Shown here: piece by piece, positions 55,375 through 64,000 of the stretch
Position numbering within the stretch: position 1 is the stretch's first letter
Layout of the letters: every line of letters begins with the position of its first letter
Source: Octopus vulgaris
Taxonomy: Eukaryota
Assembly: GCA_951406725.2 (NCBI GenBank)
Contig: OX597826.1
Location: 62,372,001 to 62,436,000 of the forward strand
DNA length: 64,000 nucleotides
Direction of reading: 5' to 3'
Notes under the pieces: generated by a model
What the model was told of the DNA's origin: nothing
What the model saw: only the letters and a program-made list of their open reading frames with translations
The model's database searches: none
Position numbers and translations under genes: made by a program

Positions 55375-55703
55375 GAAGGCGCATGACCCAGTGGTTAGAG
55401 AGTCGATCTCACGGCCGTCAGGTTGTGAGTTCGCATCCTAGACCGGGCTGCGTGTTGTGTTCTTCAGCAAGACACTTTATTTCACGTTGCTCCAGTTCAC
55501 TCTGCTGTAGAAATGAGTTGCGACGTCACTGGTGCCAAGCTGCATCGACCTTTGCCTTTTCCTTGGATAACATCGGTGGCGTGGAGAGGGGAGGCTGGTA
55601 TGCATGGGCGACTTCTGGTCTTCCATAAACAAACTTGCCCGTGCCTTGGAAGAGTAGCTTTCTAGGTGCAATTCCATGGTCATTCGTGAAAGAAGGGGGT
55701 CTC
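55375..55703 (+). mobile_element. tRNA-derived SINE family C
   Basis: A box tgacccagtgg, B box gagttcgcatcc, central tgtgttcttcagcaagacactttatttcacgttgctccag. Confidence 0.8.
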
Positions 55704-55834
55704 CGCAAGTATGTGCGTATAGAATGAGCGGATAAACTAGGAAAAAAGGCACTCAATACCATTATCAGCAGTTATATATATCATTATTTAATATATATAT
55801 ATATCGTTATTTTAATTTATAGATATAAAGATTA

Positions 55835-56060
55835 TAATATCCAGTATATACTATGGCGGGTGTTACGTGCCAAACAGCTCGCGATAGATGAAAATCTGCG
55901 AAGTAGAAACAGTACGGTACTGTCTTTATTTTTATCATTTTTATAATTAGTATATATTTATTTTATCATAATTGCAAAACAACACCTCGGAGATATCGAC
56001 GAGAGCTTAAATAATAAACTGCGATAAGTGAACTGCGATATGGCGAGGAATTATTTGTAT
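55835..56060. mobile_element. pogo/Tigger-like transposon end
   Basis: Reverse complement tacaaataattcctcgccatatcgcagttcacttatcgcag resembles Tigger-type termini; no partner TIR found. Confidence 0.45.
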
Positions 56061-56493
56061 ATCAGAATTTTTAAAATTGCATAGAAGGACCACAAGTGTA
56101 CACAGGGAAAAATCTCGCACATATAGCGTAGACGTGGTGCATTTCACTCATTAGTTATTGCCCAAAATCAACAATTTCCTGCCTTTAATGATATATGTAG
56201 CAAATCAAGGGCATTGAAATGTGTGTTCGGTACTCAGAATGTACCCCACGGGAAAACCGGCTAACTGAGAGAATTTCTGTCGGTGGTTAATTTTTGAAAA
56301 GAAAAGTATGTGTACAAGCTGAAATTCCAAGTCAAATAGATTTACCGCAGAGTATGAATAAATTAAGTCAAAGACTAGGATTTATAGTATCATCTTTAAT
56401 TCTTTAATTACTATCGTAGAAAAGACCGTAGCAAAAGGATTAAAAATAATATCATAAATTCGAAACTTTGACTAAAGATACACACATACACAC

Positions 56494-56560
<67 letters not shown>

Positions 56561-56901
56561 TATACACACATATATATATACATATATATATATATATGTA
56601 TGTATATATGTATGTATTTATGCATGTATGTATATATTTCAATGGTGGGAGAGAAATAGAGATAACTGTGGACTGTTAACCTTTGATAATGTGTCCTGTT
56701 TCTTCGTAGTTTACGTTGTACATGGTTCTTTTTCAGTTATATCCTTCTTATGTCTGGAAATTCTTCTCTCTTCAGGACAGTGTTTATTTCAATGTTTTAA
56801 TTACATTTTGGTGAGCCCTTAATGTAACCCGAGTCCTAAGATTTGTCCCTACCATGTTCTTTCCAGAGTAAGGGATGAGACAAATACGTCGTCTCTGTGA
56901 A

Positions 56902-57113
56902 TGTGGCGAGCTGGTAGAATCGTTAGCACGCCGGGTGAAATGCTTAGCAGTATTTCGTCTGTCTTCATGTTCTGAGTTCAAATTCCGCCGAGGTCGACTT
57001 TGCCTTTCATCCTTTCGAGGTCGATAAATTAAGTACCAGTTGCGTACTAGGTTCGATAAAATCGACTGGCCCTCTCCCCCAAAATTTCGGGCATTGTGCC
57101 TAGAGTAGAAAAG
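56902..57113 (+). mobile_element. SINE family B with 19-bp TSD
   Basis: aatacgtcgtctctgtgaa at 56883-56901 and 57114-57132. Confidence 0.92.
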
Positions 57114-58428
57114 AATACGTCGTCTCTGTGAAGTTTTGTGTATAGTATACTGGTAATTTTTTCTAGTTCTCTGCTTGTTAAATATTTGTAAACTGTTAGA
57201 ATCTTATATTTTCGATGCATCATAGATTTTCAAATACATTAGATAAATTCAGTTCAGTCTTCTTCAAATCAAGAAGGATTTTCATAATGCAAGAGAATAA
57301 TTTATTGCGTTCATTATCATAGTCAATTCGTCAGCGGTTATGATGGTGTCTATTTTCTCGAATTCTAGACCCCGTAGAGTAACACTTCTACAAATCAATG
57401 GGAAATACTAAACACTATTGAACTACGTATATCCATTTCGTACAAATGTGCTGGTCTTCAATGCAATTAAATTACTTCATATTTGTGCTATTTCAATTCC
57501 AACTTTGTAGATCTGTTACTCGACTAAATTTTCATAAATATGAAATTCATTATATTTTTCAAGCTACATTCAGTTACTGCTTCATTAGACTGATTAGTCT
57601 GTATATTTATGGCTTAATATACGGTTAATGTTATGATCTTTGAATGTCTGATTGGGTTTATGTTCACTGAGGCGTTCTGAATGATCTTCTACATTGGCTT
57701 ATATGTTACTCGTAATATATTTGTTTGTATTTAGAATGGATCTTTATTTGTTAGCTTGCCTATAAATCATTTACTGAGTCCATTCCCAACAAGCTCATAT
57801 ATATTTTTGCACTTTTATTTCCTTGCGGTTTAATGAAATAATTGCATTTAAATATATTGTAAAAATAATTTTTCATTTTCATAAAATTAGGTTAGTCTAG
57901 TTATTTGTTTTGAATCGAATTTCTCGAGGTTAGAGGCTTGTAAAAATTCCTTCCATTACATTATTCTTAACGACATTTTCAGAATTCCTTGCTAGTTGCG
58001 ACTGGCGTTTTCAATGAGTGAATAACTGATTATTTATTCATTATTTGCCGGTTGTATACCCAGCATATTTAGAATATTGCCCCACCTGCAATAGCTAAGG
58101 TCATGACGTATGTTGCTGATACAAGAAAATGTGCTCTTTACAAGTTATAATTAATCATATTTATTCAATGTACATACATATAAGAAACACACGCATGTGA
58201 GTCACTAGTTGAAAGGGAGTGAATTAAGTTTTATGCACATACACACACCACCGTGTCACCCACTCACACAGCAATAGGCGCGATCACCCACTCTCGTTTA
58301 AATACTTCACCAGACTAATGCACAATCACAGCAACATATCAAATTTAAATACATTCACTCAAACATATATGAATACATACCTGCATACCAACACACAAGC
58401 ACATACAGACGTACCCACATACAGACAC

Positions 58429-58471
<43 letters not shown>

Positions 58472-58506
58472 ATATATATTTATATATATATATAGTTAAT
58501 ATATAT

Positions 58507-58722
58507 AAGAAAACAAGAAAACACAAAAAAAACAAAAAAAACACAACAGAGCGAAGACGTGGAACAAATAAAGTATTATTGGACGCTCAGGAAAGAAGGA
58601 AAGAAGGAGGGTTTAACGTTTCGAGCGGAGCTCTTCGTCGGAAACATAGGAGAAGGAAAGATCCCGAGAAGGGAGGACAGAGGAAAAAAAATCGCCAGTG
58701 GTACTCACGAGGTCACATATTG
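58507..58722 (-). mobile_element. HHR-bearing short element between (TA)n-rich tracts
   Basis: 58611-58645 minus: GUUU CCGACGA A GAGC UCC GCUC GAAA CG UU AAAC. Downstream ttcctgagcg...aataatac is shared with the 27111/35325 family. Confidence 0.7.
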
Positions 58723-58750
58723 AAAAAAATATATATACATATATATATAG

Positions 58751-58795
<45 letters not shown>

Positions 58796-59877
58796 TATTG
58801 AATACACCCATACACATATTTATTGTATTACTTTTATGTATGAATGCACGTGTATATGTATATTTGTGGCTGTACATTGAAACGGAGAGAGAGGCAGAGA
58901 CAAAGACGGGGAGACAATAATTTGAATATTAGAGAGGGGGAGGTTAAGCGCTGAATACGTGAATAATATTTCTCTTCAAACACATTTTAAGCAAACTAAT
59001 ATATTTTAAGTTGAAAAAGCGGATTTTATGATAAATACATGGGTATATCGTTATTTATAGCAGAGCGAATAGTGTGCTAGCAGTAATTCAATGCCTACAA
59101 TCTGAGAAGAAAATTTACATTGTTTTAATTTTACGAATTTGCTTTATCGTTCAGCAGATAATTATGTTGATTATCAGCAACTAAATAAAACAGTGTTTTT
59201 CTCCGGGATTCTCTGCGGTTCTCTACCGTAGTATAACTATACATTATACTATGCATAGCAAATTGAAGTGACCATGCTGATAGTGGTTATACATGAATCT
59301 CATACTGTGTCCATATGAATATACAAGATTCATATCAATAAGTACACCACTACCTCAGATTACATAACTTTTGCTTGGTCACTGACAGTTTCAGCAGAGA
59401 AGGCGGTAAAATATGGTCTAGTAATGTATATCATATTATGAGTATTAAGTTATCTTTATAATGGATACGTGTTCAGAATCCTCGCAACAGAGTAGACGGC
59501 GCTACAGAACCAGGCGATGGTATTAATTGATAAATATCCAAAGCTTCATATAAATAGATCAAAATACTATGTTCTCTGAAGTTCAGAACGCAAATGGGGA
59601 GCATGTGACGTAGAATTAATGAAGAGAAGTCATTTACTTTGAAGTAGATATATATAGACAATAGATTATGGGATCAAATTTTCAAGGCGTTACCTCTGGA
59701 TAACTTGGCCCAAATTAGTAACTAATTCGCAATATGACGCTAGAAAAAGTGACAACTATCGGGTTACTAGGCAGAATATTTATATCTATATCCAACTAGC
59801 CATTTACCACACGCACACACACACATGCACACACACATGCACACACAAATATGTATATATATATACACACACATATA

Positions 59878-60250
59878 CGAGGGTGACTCAAAGAGAAATG
59901 CCATTTTGTTTAAGACAGGTATAATTACCAACACAGGAACATGTATCATACATAAAAATGAAGCTGGTCCTCTGTAGATCACATCCCTACTTCTCAACAT
60001 AGTCACTGTTTCTCTCAATAGCAATGTTCTACCTTCGAATGAGAGCATGTATCCCTGTCCCGTAAAATTCAGTTAGCTGTTCTTTAAGCCACTTCTTCGC
60101 TACAGTTTTCACTTCCTCGTCACTGGAATAATGTTTGCTTCTAAAACCCTCTTTCATGGGGCCGAAGAGATGATAGTCTGAAGCCTCGAAATCTGGTGAC
60201 GAAGAAGTGAAAACTGCAGTGAAGAAGTGTTATTAACTTTTGACTAACCC

Positions 60251-60252
<2 letters not shown>
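59878..60252 (-). mobile_element. Internally deleted mariner (DD34D) element
   Basis: SDYHLFGPMKEGFRSKHYSSDEEVKTVAKKWL...RNSDYVEK*. TIRs ta|cgagggtgactcaaag ... cttttgactaacccc. Confidence 0.85.
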
Positions 60253-60307
<55 letters not shown>

Positions 60308-60310
<3 letters not shown>

Positions 60311-60482
60311 TCGGAATGGTCAGTGGCAAGAGAGGAAGTGGCCGACCATCAAACCACTGGCTTGACACCATCAGGAGTGATACCGGAATGGACATGGTCA
60401 GTCTGAAGGAAGCGGCCCAGGATAGAACTGACTGGAGGACACTGATCCAGAGTGACCGAGAGTCGACTTCGACTGAGCGGTT
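60308..60482 (+). mobile_element. RTE/BovB-like LINE 3' end within (TA)n
   Basis: LGMVSGKRGSGRPSNHWLDTIRSDTG...AAQDRTDWR...ESRLRL. Confidence 0.85.
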
Positions 60483-60489
60483 ATATATA

Positions 60490-60556
<67 letters not shown>

Positions 60557-61001
60557 CTTACACACATATATAATATATATTTGTATACACGTGTATATAT
60601 ATTCATTGATATATACACATATACATAGCGAAAATATTTACCCAGTTTGATAACGATGTTCAATTATCTTAGTGGTAGACCGAGGCTGCTGCCCGGTATA
60701 CAACAACAGTTGGCTCCTTTTGCTGTGCCTACTGTATTGCAGATTTTCGGGGACAAGTCTGACTTAGTAATATTCTCCCTAAACGTTTCTGAAGCCTTAC
60801 ACTTTTGAAAAAGAGAAAACCTGATTCTGGATAGAAGAATAGGCCAACGTATTTACTAAGTAGTCACTTACCACAGACACGAGGTCTCAAACATAGTCGT
60901 TTGAAAGATTTACAATAACTAACTGGCACATGTTCTATCGACTACAAGATCTAAACTTTCATGTCTACGTTACGCAAGGACAGTATTGTGTAATACATAT
61001 A

Positions 61002-61190
61002 TGGTGATGATGATGATGATGATGATAGTGGTGGTGGTGGTGATGGTGGTGGTGGTGGTGGTGGTGGTGGTGGTGGTGGTGGTGGTGGTGGTGGTGGTGG
61101 TGGTGGTGGTGGTGGTGGTGGTGGTGGTGGTGGTGGTGGTGGTGGTGGTGGTGGTGGTTGTTGTTGTTGGTGGTGGTGGGCATGGTGGTG
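61002..61190. repeat. (GAT)n/(GGT)n microsatellite
   Basis: Direct reading. Confidence 0.95.
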
Positions 61191-61679
61191 GAGAGAATGT
61201 TGGACTCTCCCGTCGATTTCGACGGTGTAACATCATTTTCTTTTTAGATCTGACTTCTATGTCTCCAACGGGGCTTTAATCCAACTATCAACAGACATGC
61301 TTACATAAGAAATAGTTGCCATATTATACATAAAGGCTGGCATGTTACTTAAATCAAGAATTTACACACACACACACACACATATATATATGTATATGCA
61401 TGTATGTATATATTTATATCTATCTATCTAAGTATATAAATAAATAAATATATATATATATATAAATATATATATAAACATTACTAATATGTATGCATAT
61501 CTATATCTATAAGCTCACGTACATAGACACACAGAGGCAGACGCACATATATATGTCTATGAATGTGTGTTTGTTTTTATATAAACATATAAATGTAAAT
61601 ATATATATATGTATAGTTATGACTGTATATATGTACATATACGTATGTACGTATATATATATAAATGCGTATATATGTA

Positions 61680-61741
<62 letters not shown>

Positions 61742-62325
61742 GGACGTTATTGGAAACACAAATAACTCGGTTCCTATTTTGGATCCAGGCTGCTGTAAGA
61801 CTTCAAAGAAAACTCTAAATTGATGACATCGTATTAGATTCACTTTCTTATATAAGAATTAATCAAGTAAATCATGATATACGACGATTCGTCTACTTGC
61901 TATTGTTCTTGTTCTTTAAGTGATATAAATAAAATAAAAACGGATTTCATCCATAAATATTTTATGGACAAAATATATACTGAAGCAACAATACGAATGC
62001 GCATACAAAGGAGAATTTTAAAACCATTTATAGAAATATAAACTTTCAGAGTCGGAAGATTTATCTGAACGGAGAATTTTAGTGACATTATAAATCCTCT
62101 TGAAATATTGTAAAATATTCATAGAAATATTTTTATCTCGCAATCTAAAGTAGATTTCAGACTTAAGAATTTAAATATAGGGTATCTCTCTAAAAAGAAG
62201 GAAAGCAAGAAAGCAAACAAGCACGAAAGACAGAAAGAAAGAAAGGAATTGGAAGATCTTCAGATATCGATAAACCGCATCAAGCATTGATAGCATCTTA
62301 CGTAAAACAATGGTATAATTCCTTA

Positions 62326-62625
<300 letters not shown>

Positions 62626-63860
62626 TTTACTTCTCAAAGCTCTCGTTTTCACTTGGAGTGGTTGATTCTGTGAGATTGAACTGCAACCTGTTGTCAGAGG
62701 TCTCACAGGATCTCTTTCTGCAAATTATAAGCTCTGATACCTGAATGTTTACTTATCGTGAAAAACGTTTAACACCTAAGCACCAATCTCAAAATTCTAG
62801 CTTCTTCCTAATACTGCAGTTTTTGGGGGACCTGCTCGGCCTTCATGTCAATTCCAATTTCTCCGGCATATTTCTCGAACCTTGATTGCTAGTGCTCCGA
62901 CTGCCCCTACAACCACTGAGATAACATTAAATCTCCTCATTGCCCACATTCTTGCAATTTCGTTTTTTAGTGGTCTTCATTTCTCCATCTTTTGTTTTCT
63001 TAAAATGTTTACTCTATTTAATAAGTATATAACTAATTGTCGTGACGCAGAATCTCTGTTTCTCATTGTTATAACGCAGAAGTCTTAAGTTCAGTTTTGA
63101 TTCTTTGGTTATTCACTGACGTCACCTAGAGTGGAATACAAAAATAGCTTTTCTTGGATTATATTTCTTCTTAACGTTCTTTCATTTTGCGTTCTTTCAT
63201 TTTGTATGGCAATATTTATGTTGTTAGTTTCCTATTTCTTTCTATCCATAACAACAATGTCTGCTCTCAGAGAAACCATTAGAGAGTCGACTGTAAAATC
63301 CCACAGAATACAACATTCATTGTTGTTAGTGACGGCTTCTGATTCATATCTGTGTAATTTCCGTGCTGTGCACAGACTGTACTTTTCTCCCAGCCACCAG
63401 CCAATAAACCTAGAAACGTTGTCGTGCCTCTTTTGTAGTGATTTTGTGCCACCTTGCTATACTTACTCAAAATATTTTAGGCTCTTTTGGTTATGCTTAC
63501 CACACGTCCTACATAGGGGCGAATCACAGCTCTTATCTATTTTGGACTTCGTGTAATTAGATCTCAGTGATTGTTCTTGAGCACTGCATATCGGCGCTTC
63601 AGTGCGTGATTTAAGATCCTATTTTCTTAGCAATCTCCAGTTATTGATCTTTTTATCTTTCTCTTCAGCATCTCTGATGTATTGCCTATGGTTTGTTTTC
63701 ATTTCCCACTTGTTTGTTGTTTGTTCTACATCTTTTTTTTATGCGGTAACAAGGATTCGCTCTCAGCCCTCTTCGTGTTGGCAACACAGATCTTGCACCC
63801 TATGGGGCCCTTCCTCCCTTGTTCCTAGGCTCATACTGTCCATCAATATCGCTTTTTGAG
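62626..63860 (-). mobile_element. Decayed R4/Dong-like RLE retrotransposon flanked by trinucleotide repeats
   Basis: SKVAQNHYK / RHDNV, NNNECCILWDFTVDS, RADIVVMDRK, EIARMWAM, VVGAVGAL, KTAVLG across frames. Confidence 0.75.
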
Positions 63861-63906
63861 TGCAGATCATCATTATTATAATTATTACTATAATAATAAT
63901 AATAAC

Positions 63907-63984
<78 letters not shown>

Positions 63985-64000
63985 TATTATTATTATTATT

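Overview
AT-rich, microsatellite-saturated eukaryotic DNA with no recognisable host exon; almost all ORFs in the track are translated microsatellites. The SINE families and repeat landscape resemble an Octopus (cephalopod) intergenic or intronic region, which is inference from recall, not a search. Contents: a near-intact CR1-type LINE (APE+RT, ~1750-4913); a 5'-truncated CR1-type RT with an open frame (46850-48119, -); RTE, R4/Dong and other RLE-LINE fragments; a decayed Penelope RT; mariner, maT, Tc1 and pogo remnants; a Helitron helicase scrap; and about 20 tRNA-derived SINE copies. The main unexplained signal is a set of at least eight minimal type I hammerhead-ribozyme (HHR) motifs. They belong to about five short, mostly (TA)n-associated repeat families that look like Penelope pLTRs or retrozymes. 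They include one HHR with an intact core at 1663-1722 (-) and a ~1.2 kb tandem+inverted 498-bp-unit element carrying three HHRs at 6320-7508.
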